This document shows, one piece after another, positions 20,809 to 29,925 of a stretch of DNA of 64,000 nucleotides. The position numbers and the translations under genes were made by a program. Under the pieces are notes generated by a model. That model made no database searches and was not told the origin of the DNA. It saw only the letters and a program-made list of their open reading frames with translations. This DNA comes from Bacillota bacterium (GTDB lineage: Bacteria > Bacillota > Limnochordia > Darwinibacteriales > DTU012): NCBI GenBank assembly GCA_012837335.1, contig DURM01000058.1, forward strand, positions 8,279-72,278, written 5' to 3'. How positions within the stretch are numbered: position 1 is the first letter of the stretch; every line of letters starts with the position of its first letter.

Positions 20809-20943
20809 AGAATCATCTTCCCTTCTCCATTATTAAATGCTTAGTAAACTATTCGTTGACAGCAGGTAAAAACCTGCCTGTTGACGCAATTATTTTTGAA
20901 TCCGCTCACACTATCAGCTATAATTGAAGCGGGGGGGATCTAG

Positions 20944-21120
20944 ATGTACAATGTTGGAGATATTCTGCAGCTGCGTAAAAAACATCCCTGCGGAGGCGAC
21001 GAGTGGGAAGTATTAAAATCTGGAGTAGATATGCGCCTCAAATGCGTGACCTGCGGGCGGGTGATTTTGATTCCCCGCGTTAAGCTGGTTAAACAGGTTA
21101 AGGAAGTCAAAACCCCTTAA
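20944..21120 (+). CDS. DUF951 small protein (B. subtilis YyzM-like)
   Basis: 58 aa MYNVGDILQLRKKHPCGGDEWEVLKSGVDMRLKCVTCGRVILIPRVKLVKQVKEVKTP. CGG..C / CVTC zinc-ribbon-like cysteines. Missed by the ORF track (under 60 aa). Syntenic with yyzM near yyaC/ychF. Confidence 0.7.
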   Translation: MYNVGDILQLRKKHPCGGDEWEVLKSGVDMRLKCVTCGRVILIPRVKLVKQVKEVKTP

Positions 21121-21189
21121 AACAGAACTGCACGCCTACTCTCTGATCGCATATACTACTATGTGATCTTGGCGAAAGGGGTTAAGAAA

Positions 21190-22281
21190 ATGGGTCGAGT
21201 TAGAAAGTTTTTTGCAGGCGGTATTACACCGCAGGGATTTCATTCTTTTTTTGATCAAATCGCAGCTGGTGTGCCCTACCGCGTTTATATCCTTAAGGGC
21301 GGACCTGGGACAGGTAAGTCGACTTTAATGATGAAAATAGCCGAGCGCATGTCAGCATTAGGTTATGATATCGAGCAGTTCCACTGCAGTTCGGACGCGG
21401 ATTCTCTCGATGGAGTTGCTGTTCCGGCCCTGAAGGCTGCCGTGGTTGACGGCACAGCTCCCCATATTATTGAGCCGAAGTATCCCGGCTGTGTAGAGCG
21501 GGTGATTAATCTCGGTGAATTTTGGGACGCGGACCAAATTGCCTCAAGGCGGGAGCAGATTATTGAGCTTACAGATGAAAACAAAGCGTGCTATCCCAGG
21601 GCTTATCGTTATCTCCGCGCTGCTAAGGAGCTTCATAATGATATGTGCGAGATTAATAAAAGCTGCATGGACTTCGCCCAGGTGAACCAGGTTATCAAGA
21701 ATCTAGTCCTTGAGATTTTTGGTAATTGGGAAGACCAAGGCCGTTTGGGTCGGATAAGACGCCTATTTGCCTCGGCTTATACGCCGCAGGGACAGGTCAA
21801 TGAGCTTCACAGTATTATGGAAGACTTTCCGATTCAGTTTATTATTAAGGGCGAGCCCGGTGCCGGCAGAGATCTGGTTATGGAGCGGATTGCCGATTAC
21901 GCCTCCGCCCGAGGCTGTGATGTAGAGGCCTATCACTGCCCTCTTGATCCGACCCGCATTGATCACCTGGCGCTGCCCCAATTAGGCACCGCGCTTATTT
22001 CATCCTATCCGCCGCATATTTATGAGAAGCGGGGAGCCGAGGTAGTTAATCTCAACGATTACTTGGATCATTATCGGCGGAGCCATTACCAGTACACGCT
22101 CCACAAAAACTTTGTTTTATTTGAGGAGCTGGTTAACCTGGCGCTCGGGCAGCTGAGGCGGGCGAAGGCAATTCATGATGACTTGGAGCTGAACTACGTC
22201 CGCTTTATGGACTTCACCAAATTTGACGAAATACAAGAACAGATTATCGCTGATATTTTAGCAGAACAAAGTAATAGATAA
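21190..22281 (+). CDS. Uncharacterized protein built from two tandem P-loop-like repeats (first with an intact Walker A, second degenerate)
   Basis: Repeat 1: VRKFFAGGITPQGF..YRVYILKGGPGTGKST..GYDIEQFHCSSDADSLDGVAVP..GEFWD. Repeat 2: IRRLFASAYTPQGQ..IQFIIKGEPGAGRDLV..GCDVEAYHCPLDPTRIDHLALP..NDYLD. ATG at 21190 with AAAGGGG SD. Confidence 0.6.
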   Translation: MGRVRKFFAGGITPQGFHSFFDQIAAGVPYRVYILKGGPGTGKSTLMMKIAERMSALGYDIEQFHCSSDADSLDGVAVPALKAAVVDGTAPHIIEPKYPGCVERVINLGEFWDADQIASRREQIIELTDENKACYPRAYRYLRAAKELHNDMCEINKSCMDFAQVNQVIKNLVLEIFGNWEDQGRLGRIRRLFASAYTPQGQVNELHSIMEDFPIQFIIKGEPGAGRDLVMERIADYASARGCDVEAYHCPLDPTRIDHLALPQLGTALISSYPPHIYEKRGAEVVNLNDYLDHYRRSHYQYTLHKNFVLFEELVNLALGQLRRAKAIHDDLELNYVRFMDFTKFDEIQEQIIADILAEQSNR

Positions 22282-22313
22282 CTTATACTTTTAAAGGGTA
22301 GGTGTCAGAGCTG

Positions 22314-23396
22314 ATGCAAATAGGAATAATTGGCTTGGCTAATGTGGGGAAATCAACTTTATTTAATGCCTTAACCCAAGCGGATGTACCTGCCCTCAAT
22401 TATCCGTTTTGCACAATTGAACCGAATGTCGGTGTGGTAATGATTCCGGATCAGCGCTTTATGGATGTGGTTGATTTAGTTAAGCCTGAGAAGGCTACCG
22501 GAGCTGTAATTAAGTTTGTGGACATTGCCGGCCTGGTGCGCGGTGCAAGCCGGGGCGAGGGCTTGGGAAATAAGTTTCTGTCCCACATCCGGGAAGTGGA
22601 CGCTGTGATTCATGTGATCCGGGCGTTTGCTGATCCGAATGTGAGCGCGGTAGAGGGAAGTGTGGATCCATTAAGGGATCTGGAAATAGTAGAAACCGAG
22701 TTGATTCTTGCGGATCTCCAGACACTAGAGAATCGCATTGAGCGGGTTACCCGCATGCTGAAAACGGGAGAGAGAAAATACGCTGAGGAGCTGGAACTTC
22801 TAAAGGAAACAAGCCAGCATCTCAATAACGGCAGAGTCGATTTAATCGATGTTGAACGACTGCCGAATGATCTGAGACTGCTTTCGGTCAAGCCGGTTTT
22901 GTTTGTGATCAATGTAGATGAGGAACAGCTTGGCGAACCGGATCAGCTGGAGCAGCAGCTGGCACCTCTAAAAGAAAAAGCTTCTGCCCGAAACAGCGAG
23001 GTGCTCTTAGTCTGCGCAGATTTAGAAGCAGATTTGGCAGATTTAAGTCCAGATGAAGCGGAAGAATATTTTGCTGAGTATGGGCTGGAAGCATCCGGTT
23101 TGACCAGGATAATTGAGGCTGGACGGCAGCTGTTGAACTTAGTGACATTTTATACTATCAAAGGAGCAGAGACCCGGGCCTGGCTTGTTCCCCGTGGAAC
23201 ACCCGCTCCTCAAGCAGCTGGTAAAATCCATTCGGATATGGAACGGGGATTTATTAAGGCTGAGGTGATCGAAGCGGACAGGCTGCTCGAGTTTGGTTCT
23301 TTCGCGAAAGCGAAGGAACAGGGTGCAGTTCGCTTGGAGGGTAAGGACTATCAGGTACAGGACGGCGATGTAATTCTATTTCATTTCAATGTTTGA
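22314..23396 (+). CDS. ychF: Ribosome-binding ATPase YchF (Obg-like ATPase)
   Basis: MQIGIIGLANVGKSTLFNALT.., C-terminal TGS domain. The ATG at 22314 has an AGGTG SD 9 nt upstream; the ORF-track start at 22302 has essentially no spacer. Confidence 0.88.
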   Translation: MQIGIIGLANVGKSTLFNALTQADVPALNYPFCTIEPNVGVVMIPDQRFMDVVDLVKPEKATGAVIKFVDIAGLVRGASRGEGLGNKFLSHIREVDAVIHVIRAFADPNVSAVEGSVDPLRDLEIVETELILADLQTLENRIERVTRMLKTGERKYAEELELLKETSQHLNNGRVDLIDVERLPNDLRLLSVKPVLFVINVDEEQLGEPDQLEQQLAPLKEKASARNSEVLLVCADLEADLADLSPDEAEEYFAEYGLEASGLTRIIEAGRQLLNLVTFYTIKGAETRAWLVPRGTPAPQAAGKIHSDMERGFIKAEVIEADRLLEFGSFAKAKEQGAVRLEGKDYQVQDGDVILFHFNV

Positions 23397-23422
23397 CTTA
23401 TCTTGCCAGAGAGTGTTATAAT
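23393..23422 (+). promoter_or_regulatory. Sigma-A-type promoter of the rpsF-ssb-rpsR operon
   Basis: TTGACT - 17 nt - (T)TATAAT. Confidence 0.6.
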
Positions 23423-23432
23423 AATACCGGCC

Positions 23433-23458
23433 CTGCCCTAGATTAGTCTAGGGCCGCT
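23433..23458 (+). ncRNA. Structured rpsF 5' leader (candidate S6:S18 autoregulatory element)
   Basis: GCCCTAG-ATTAGT-CTAGGGC stem-loop lies between the predicted TSS and the SD. rpsF leaders are known cis-regulatory RNAs in Firmicutes. Confidence 0.35.
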
Positions 23459-23485
23459 AGTCCATAGGGAGGAGGTGAGCCGACG

Positions 23486-23776
23486 GTGCGTACCTATGAA
23501 TTAATGCTGCTGCTGAGTCCAGAATTGGAAGAAGAAGCAGTTGAAGCTTTGCTAGCAAGAACTACTGAGATTGTAACATCTAGAAACGGTGAAATCACTA
23601 ATATCGACAAGTGGGGCAAGCGCAGACTTGCCTACGAGGTACAAGATCACACCGAAGGCTTCTATGTGGTAATCAAGTTTAAAGCAGATAACGAAGCGAC
23701 TACAGAAGTCGATCGTGTTCTCAAGATTACCGAAGAAGTACTTCGTTTTCTGCTCGTTCGTACAGATCAAGAATGA
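23486..23776 (+). CDS. rpsF: 30S ribosomal protein S6
   Basis: 96 aa. GTG start. MRTYELMLLLSPELEEE... Confidence 0.9.
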   Translation: MRTYELMLLLSPELEEEAVEALLARTTEIVTSRNGEITNIDKWGKRRLAYEVQDHTEGFYVVIKFKADNEATTEVDRVLKITEEVLRFLLVRTDQE

Positions 23777-23795
23777 GCGAAGGAGTGATTTTTAG

Positions 23796-24179
23796 GTGTT
23801 GAATCGAATAATCCTTATTGGGCGGTTGGTCGCAGATCCCCAATTGCGTTACACTCAGAGTGGACTTGCTGTTACTTCTTTTACGATCGCTGTAGATAGG
23901 TCATTCGTTTCCCAAAATGGTGAACGCGAGACAGATTTTATTGATATTGTCACTTGGCGGAAATTAGCCGAAACTTGTGCCAATCATCTCAATAAAGGTC
24001 GATTAGTTGCAGTTGAAGGAAGACTGCAGATCCGCTCATACGATGATCGAGACGGCATTCGCCGCAAGGCAGCCGAAGTAGTGGCTGAACAGGTCCAGTT
24101 CCTGGATTGGCCGAATCGAGATCAAGACATGACAATGACCAGTCCGTCCGAATCAGGATTTGATGATGTACCATTTTAA
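23796..24179 (+). CDS. ssb: Single-stranded DNA-binding protein
   Basis: 127 aa OB fold. Acidic C-terminal tail ...SGFDDVPF. Confidence 0.9.
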   Translation: MLNRIILIGRLVADPQLRYTQSGLAVTSFTIAVDRSFVSQNGERETDFIDIVTWRKLAETCANHLNKGRLVAVEGRLQIRSYDDRDGIRRKAAEVVAEQVQFLDWPNRDQDMTMTSPSESGFDDVPF

Positions 24180-24203
24180 TCAAATAGATTTGGAGGCAGG
24201 ATA

Positions 24204-24434
24204 ATGGCCAGAGATAGAGGTCGTAGAGGCAGAAGAAAGATTTGTGCCTTCTGCGTTGATAAAATTGAGCAGGTCGATTATAAAGATACCGGCCGCTTGC
24301 GCAAGTACGTTACTGAGCGGGGTAAGATTTTACCGCGCCGCATTTCCGGTAACTGCGCTATTCATCAACGTCAGCTGACAGCCGCGATTAAACGCGCGCG
24401 TCAAATGGCACTGATGCCTTATACAGTAGAGTAA
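24204..24434 (+). CDS. rpsR: 30S ribosomal protein S18
   Basis: 76 aa ..[16 protein letters not shown].. Confidence 0.9.
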   Translation: MARDRGRRGRRKICAFCVDKIEQVDYKDTGRLRKYVTERGKILPRRISGNCAIHQRQLTAAIKRARQMALMPYTVE

Positions 24435-24440
24435 AAGAGA

Positions 24441-24468
24441 GGAGCAGCAAAGCTGCTCCCTTTTTTTA
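24441..24468 (+). terminator. Rho-independent terminator after rpsR
   Basis: GGAGCAGC-AAA-GCTGCTCC followed by C TTTTTTT. Confidence 0.8.
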
Positions 24469-24550
24469 CCGAAGATTAGATCGGCAGGACTATATTTTAC
24501 GCATAGAGAAGTAGAAAAGAACTAGATTCAGGTGGGATGGTGAAGGGCAG

Positions 24551-25501
24551 TTGAAAACTAGAGCGGTAACTGAAGGAGCAATGACAGCCGTAATAATTGT
24601 GCTGTTGAGTTTGCTTAATTTTACTTTCGGATTTTTCAGTTTTTTAATACCGGTGCCGCTGGCAGTAATTGTTTTTCGCCATAATCTCCGGACAGGAATG
24701 CTGGTGTCATTTGCATCAGCCGCGGTTGCTTCACTGGTATTTGTGACACCTTTGATCGGACTGGATATCTTGATTGTCGGGTTTATGGGTATCGTCCTGG
24801 GTTTGGTAGTGAAGGAGAATTTCAGTTTTACCCGCATCTTTCTTATTGGGGTCGGTGCTGCAGCGCTGTCCTTGATTTTGCGGTTAACTGCACTGGCGCT
24901 GATCGCTGATTACAACCTGATTGCAGATTTTACTCAGCTGTGGAACAATATGTCTGAGCAGATGCTGTCCATGTGGCAGCATATGGAGATGTCTCCTGAT
25001 CTGCTTGCCCAGTACAAAGAGGTGTTCACCAGCATGCCGAGCTTGTTTGCCATGCTGATTCCCATCTATATCTTGGTTTCCAGCTTGCTGGAAACGATAC
25101 TCTGTTTATTGGTTCTCAACATAGTTATGAAGCGATTTGGCGTGGCGATGCCAAAGTTTTCCCCATTTATTCACTGGAAACTGCCGTGGTATTTTGTCTG
25201 GGGCTACATCATCAGCAAAGCGTTAACCATTGTCCACGCATATTTTCCTAATCAAGTATTCCAAGCAGTTGTGGTAAATATCGATATTTTCTTCTCGGGA
25301 GCTTTTTTTATCCAGGGTTTAGCAATTCTTTGGTTCTATCTCACCCAGGCAGAGATTAGGAAGAGCTTCAGGATCCTGATTACTATTTTTCTGCTGTTGA
25401 CAGGGAATGTATTAATCTATAATATTCTGGTTATGTTGGGGGTCTTAGATACCTGGTTTGACGTACGCAAACTGAATAGGGTAGATAAGGAGGCGAAGTA
25501 A
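24551..25501 (+). CDS. YybS-like polytopic membrane protein (DUF2232)
   Basis: 316 aa, multiple TM helices. Position between rpsR and rplI as for B. subtilis yybS. The start is ambiguous (TTG at 24551 or ATG at ~24581). Confidence 0.6.
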   Translation: MKTRAVTEGAMTAVIIVLLSLLNFTFGFFSFLIPVPLAVIVFRHNLRTGMLVSFASAAVASLVFVTPLIGLDILIVGFMGIVLGLVVKENFSFTRIFLIGVGAAALSLILRLTALALIADYNLIADFTQLWNNMSEQMLSMWQHMEMSPDLLAQYKEVFTSMPSLFAMLIPIYILVSSLLETILCLLVLNIVMKRFGVAMPKFSPFIHWKLPWYFVWGYIISKALTIVHAYFPNQVFQAVVVNIDIFFSGAFFIQGLAILWFYLTQAEIRKSFRILITIFLLLTGNVLIYNILVMLGVLDTWFDVRKLNRVDKEAK

Positions 25502-25502
25502 T

Positions 25503-25949
25503 ATGGAAGTTATTCTACAAAAAGATGTGAAGAATTTAGGGAAAAAAGGTGAAGTTGTTGATGTTGCGGAGGGTTATGCCCGCAACTTTCTCCTGCCGCG
25601 AGGTTTAGCCGTAGAAGCTACAGCAGGGAACCTCAAGCAGGTTAGTTTAGAGAATAAGGCTAAAAAGCAAAAGCGGGAGCGGGAATTAAAGGAAGCCCAG
25701 GACATTGCAGCCAAGTTGGATGGGCAGAAATTACAGATCGCAACCAAAGTTGGAGAATCCGGTAAGCTTTTTGGCTCAATTACCAACCAGGACATTGCTG
25801 ACCGGCTCAAGCGTCAGTATAAGGTGGAAATTGACAAAAGGAAAATCGAGCTGGAAGAGCCAATCAAAAGCTTAGGTAAATACCCTGTAACAGTGCGCAT
25901 TCACCCTAAAGTTAAGGCAGAGGTAATTGTGCAAGTTATCGAAGGTTAA
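25503..25949 (+). CDS. rplI: 50S ribosomal protein L9
   Basis: 148 aa. [36 protein letters not shown]. Confidence 0.9.
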   Translation: MEVILQKDVKNLGKKGEVVDVAEGYARNFLLPRGLAVEATAGNLKQVSLENKAKKQKRERELKEAQDIAAKLDGQKLQIATKVGESGKLFGSITNQDIADRLKRQYKVEIDKRKIELEEPIKSLGKYPVTVRIHPKVKAEVIVQVIEG

Positions 25950-25963
25950 GGAGATTAGTTAGC

Positions 25964-27895
25964 ATGTTTGTGAAGTCGAAGAACCAGAGCTTGGATAAAC
26001 CAGAGTTCGATGAAAACAGCATCAGTAACAAGATATCGGTAATGTTTGATCTGCTAAGTGAACTGCATGGTTCTGAGCAGTTGGTGCTGAAAGCCGGTAA
26101 GCTGAACGCACTGCAATTAATGGATTCAAATCAGATCTCAGAACGCCTTACGGCGCTGGCGAGACTGGTGTACGAGGATCCCACTATTGAAAAAGACTAT
26201 TCTGAAGCTGAGTTTGATTCAGTGATGGATGATCTTAAGAATAATATTGCTCAGATGCTGGCTAAACAGACCATTGAAAAGGAACTGGAAGCCAAAGTAG
26301 CGGCTCTAATGCAGGAGCGCCATCAAGAATATCTGCAGGAAATCCAGGCTGAAGTACTTAAGCAGGAGATGGGCCCTGATAATGCCCAGACACTGAAAAA
26401 ATACGCAGAGTTAGAACTGCTGGAAGCAAAAAAGCTGTCAGCTTCGGCGGTGGAATTGATGCGGCCCAAACAGCTGTCGCAAATTGTGGGCCAAAAAGGT
26501 GCTCTTACCGCGCTGGTGAGCAAACTCAGCTCACCATTTCCGCAGCACATCATTATTTATGGACCACCGGGAGTGGGTAAAACCACAGCGGCGCGGTTAG
26601 CTTTAGACTATGCCAAAGCTCGGCCTTACACCCCCTTTGAAGAGGATGCGCCGTTTGTGGAAGTCGATGGCACTACTCTTCGCTGGGATCCGCGCGAGAT
26701 CACGAATCCTCTTTTAGGATCCGTTCACGATCCGATTTACCAGGGGGCTAAGCGGGATTTGGCGGATGGCGCTATTCCTGAGCCTAAACTGGGTTTGGTA
26801 ACCAAAGCTCACGGAGGAGTGCTGTTTATTGATGAAATCGGGGAGCTGGATTCGCTCCTCCAGAATAAACTGTTAAAGGTACTGGAGGACAAGCGGGTGC
26901 AGTTTGATTCCGCCTACTTCGATCCCGATGATCCGCGGGTGCCGAAATGGATCAAGAAGCTGTTTACTGACGGAGCTCCGGCAGATTTTATCTTGATCGG
27001 CGCTACCACAAAAGATCCGAGCGAGATCAATCCTGCTCTTCGTTCCCGCTGCGCGGAAATCTTTTTTGAGCCCCTGTCTGAAACAGACATTGAGAATATT
27101 GTAGCGGCTGCTGCTGAGCGACTGGAGCTAGATCTGGATCCGCAGCTTACGAAAATGATCGCCCAGTACACAATTGAGGGCAGGCAGGCTGTGCGGCTGC
27201 TGGCCGATGCTTATAGCGCGGCTCTTTTCCGCAGCTGCGAGGCAGGCAGAAGCACCGATAATGTTGAGATTACCAAGGATGATCTCCTGACTGTTATTAA
27301 CGGCTCACGCTTAACGCCGATGAATCATATTAAAGCGTCACAGAAGCAGGAAATTGGACGAGTGTTCGGCTTGGGAGTGAGCGGATTTGTGGGCTCGGTT
27401 ATTGAAATCGAAGCGGCAGCTTTCCCTGCAGTCCAGAAAGATAAAGGAGTCGTTCGGTTTAACGATACAGCCGGCAGCATGGCTAAAGACAGTGTCTTTA
27501 ATGCGGCCAGCGTGTTTAGAATTTTAACTGGCGAAGAGCTGAGCAGCTATGATCTGCATGTCAATATTGTTGGCGGCGGCAATATCGACGGACCTTCGGC
27601 AGGAACCGCAATTTTGCTGGCAATCTATTCTGCGGTTAAAGAAGTCCCACTGCCGCAAGATGCGGCCATAACTGGCGAGATATCCCTTCAGGGAAGGATT
27701 AAGCCTGTAGGCGGTATTCCTGAAAAGATCTATGGCGCGAAGCGGGCAGGGATGAAACGGGTGTTTATCCCGGCGGAGAATTTAGATGCTGCTGCCAATG
27801 TTAACTGCGATATCGAGGTAATAGGTGTATCTGATGTAGATGAACTCTTGCAAAAGCTTTTCTCACAAACTGCTTATGAACGTGAGGTGGGCTGA
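25964..27895 (+). CDS. Lon-family ATP-dependent protease of the endospore-former type (LonB/LonC-like)
   Basis: 643 aa. Coiled-coil N-terminal region, AAA+ (IIIYGPPGVGKTTAARL, ILIGATT), C-terminal S16 protease with catalytic Ser in DGPSAGTAIL and Lys in ..GGIPEKIYGAKRAG. Confidence 0.7.
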   Translation: MFVKSKNQSLDKPEFDENSISNKISVMFDLLSELHGSEQLVLKAGKLNALQLMDSNQISERLTALARLVYEDPTIEKDYSEAEFDSVMDDLKNNIAQMLAKQTIEKELEAKVAALMQERHQEYLQEIQAEVLKQEMGPDNAQTLKKYAELELLEAKKLSASAVELMRPKQLSQIVGQKGALTALVSKLSSPFPQHIIIYGPPGVGKTTAARLALDYAKARPYTPFEEDAPFVEVDGTTLRWDPREITNPLLGSVHDPIYQGAKRDLADGAIPEPKLGLVTKAHGGVLFIDEIGELDSLLQNKLLKVLEDKRVQFDSAYFDPDDPRVPKWIKKLFTDGAPADFILIGATTKDPSEINPALRSRCAEIFFEPLSETDIENIVAAAAERLELDLDPQLTKMIAQYTIEGRQAVRLLADAYSAALFRSCEAGRSTDNVEITKDDLLTVINGSRLTPMNHIKASQKQEIGRVFGLGVSGFVGSVIEIEAAAFPAVQKDKGVVRFNDTAGSMAKDSVFNAASVFRILTGEELSSYDLHVNIVGGGNIDGPSAGTAILLAIYSAVKEVPLPQDAAITGEISLQGRIKPVGGIPEKIYGAKRAGMKRVFIPAENLDAAANVNCDIEVIGVSDVDELLQKLFSQTAYEREVG

Positions 27896-28728
27896 TGGAG
27901 CTTTTAGGAGTTATCGGCAATCCGATTGCTCATTCGCTGTCACCGATAATGCACACCGCCGCGTTTCAGGCTGTGGGCATGAAAGGTATTTATCTGCCGC
28001 TTTTGGTTGAACAAGAGCAGCTTGCTCAAGCTATCTATGGAGCCCAAGCTCTCGGTTTTGCCGGTCTAAACGTTACAGTTCCATATAAAGAAAAGGTGCT
28101 GCCGTATTTGACAGATCTCACCCCGCAGGCTCAGGCAGTGGGGTCAGTGAATACAATTAAGTTCAGCAGAGATCGGATTATCGGACATACCACAGATGGA
28201 GAAGGGTTTACCGCAGCCGCCGCAGATGAGCTGGGTTTTGACTTTCAGGGAAAAACGGCCTTTGTGGTTGGTGCCGGAGGGGCGGCTAGGGCGATAGCGG
28301 CTGCCCTGGTAGAAAAAGAGTGCCGGATTTATCTTGCCAATCGGACCCAAAAGCGAGCAGAGCAGCTGGCAGCGGCTGTCGATGCAGCTGGAGAGCAGAT
28401 CTCGGTCGTGCCCCTTGAACCGGTTCAGCTGGCGCCAATTATGGAGCAGGTTGAGGTTGTGATCAACACTACTTCCGTGGGTATGACTGATTCCATCGAA
28501 CAGACACCGATCGATCCAGGTCTGTTAAAACCACAGCAGCTTGTGATCGATATTGTCTATAATCCGGAAAAAACCCGGCTTTTAAAGGAAGCCGAAAAAC
28601 TCGGCTGCCGAATTCAAAATGGTGTCGGCATGCTGGTTTGGCAGGCTGTGAAAGCGTGGGAATTCTGGTGGGGGATAACACCACCGGCAGATATTATGTA
28701 TAAAGCAGTTAAAGCCTCGCTATCTTGA
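27895..28728 (+). CDS. aroE: Shikimate dehydrogenase
   Basis: 277 aa. ..LGVIGNPIAHSLSPIMH.., NADP site GAGGAARA. Confidence 0.88.
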   Translation: MELLGVIGNPIAHSLSPIMHTAAFQAVGMKGIYLPLLVEQEQLAQAIYGAQALGFAGLNVTVPYKEKVLPYLTDLTPQAQAVGSVNTIKFSRDRIIGHTTDGEGFTAAAADELGFDFQGKTAFVVGAGGAARAIAAALVEKECRIYLANRTQKRAEQLAAAVDAAGEQISVVPLEPVQLAPIMEQVEVVINTTSVGMTDSIEQTPIDPGLLKPQQLVIDIVYNPEKTRLLKEAEKLGCRIQNGVGMLVWQAVKAWEFWWGITPPADIMYKAVKASLS

Positions 28729-28750
28729 GCTAAAGATAGGAGGCTTTAAA
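28711..28750. terminator. Long imperfect hairpin between convergent aroE and galK (bidirectional terminator)
   Basis: AAAGCCTCGCTATCTT-GAGCT-AAGATAGGAGGCTTT overlaps the aroE stop codon. Confidence 0.5.
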
Positions 28751-28761
28751 TATTTGTGGTA

Positions 28762-29925
28762 CTAGTTCTTGATTCTTTCGGCCCCTTCGCTGGCGTTAAA
28801 AATAAAGATCCGAGGGGTGTATTGGGTCTGTTTTGGATACTGCTCCTCTACCGCAGCCCTAAGCTGGTCAATGCTGTCGTTTGCTGCTAATGTTACGGTG
28901 CAGCCGCCAAACCCCGCTCCAGTCATCCTGGATCCATAGACTCCCGGTACTGACTGGGCAATCTCCACCAATAGATCCAGCTCGCGGCAGCTGACTTCAT
29001 AGTCGTCTCGTAAGCTTGCGTGCGATTGGTTCATCAGCTGGCCAAATTCTGCAATTCGACCTTCCCGCAGCAGTTTGCCGGCATCCAGAACTCGCTGGTT
29101 TTCGGTTACGACATGGCGGGCGCGTTTCTTAAGGTCGGGTTCAAGCTCCTCGATAAGGTCGAGATGTTCAATACTGACATCTCTTAGGGCGCGGATATTG
29201 GGCAGTTTTGCCTGCAGTTCTTTAACCGCTGCTTCACATTGCCTGCGCCTGAGGTTGTATTCGGAATCAACCAGTCCGCGCTTTACGCCGCTGTCGATGA
29301 CAACAATGCTCGCATCGTTGGCAGCGAATGGAGCCGGAACAAGCTCGTAGTCCAAAGAGCGGCAGTCCAAAAACAGAACATGGTCTTTTTTGCCGAGCAT
29401 GGACACAAACTGATCCATGATTCCACAGGCGACACCCACGAAATCATTTTCCGCCCGCTGAGCTAATTTTACTAATTCAACTGGCGGTGTATCCAGCTCA
29501 TTAAGTTCTCGAATCAAAAGGGCAGTGCCCACTTCCAAAGCGGCAGAAGAGGATAAACCTGCGCCCTGGGGCACATTGCCGGAAAGGACAATATTCATTC
29601 CCTTCAGCGGTGTAGATTCGAGGAACATGGCGCATACTCCGCGAATATAATTACTCCATGATGCATTCTTGCTTTTAGTAAAATCTGTCAGGTCAAAGGT
29701 GTTTTTTTGTTTGAAATCCAAGGAGTAGATGTGCACTTCCTGATCATCGCGCACTGAACCAGCCAGAATAATTTGGGCGTCAATGGCCATGGGCATCACA
29801 AAACCGTCGTTGTAGTCAGTATGCTCGCCGATTAGATTGACCCGGCCCGGTGCCCGCACCACGATCGGGTCTGCTGCATCCGGGAACTGCTTGCGAAAAG
29901 CAGCAGTGATTGCTACAGGGTTCAT
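28762..29925 (-). CDS. galK: Galactokinase
   Basis: 387 aa. GHMP kinase motifs, galactokinase signature GRVNLIGEHTDYNDGFVMP. Confidence 0.9.
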   Translation of the reverse strand: MNPVAITAAFRKQFPDAADPIVVRAPGRVNLIGEHTDYNDGFVMPMAIDAQIILAGSVRDDQEVHIYSLDFKQKNTFDLTDFTKSKNASWSNYIRGVCAMFLESTPLKGMNIVLSGNVPQGAGLSSSAALEVGTALLIRELNELDTPPVELVKLAQRAENDFVGVACGIMDQFVSMLGKKDHVLFLDCRSLDYELVPAPFAANDASIVVIDSGVKRGLVDSEYNLRRRQCEAAVKELQAKLPNIRALRDVSIEHLDLIEELEPDLKKRARHVVTENQRVLDAGKLLREGRIAEFGQLMNQSHASLRDDYEVSCRELDLLVEIAQSVPGVYGSRMTGAGFGGCTVTLAANDSIDQLRAAVEEQYPKQTQYTPRIFIFNASEGAERIKN

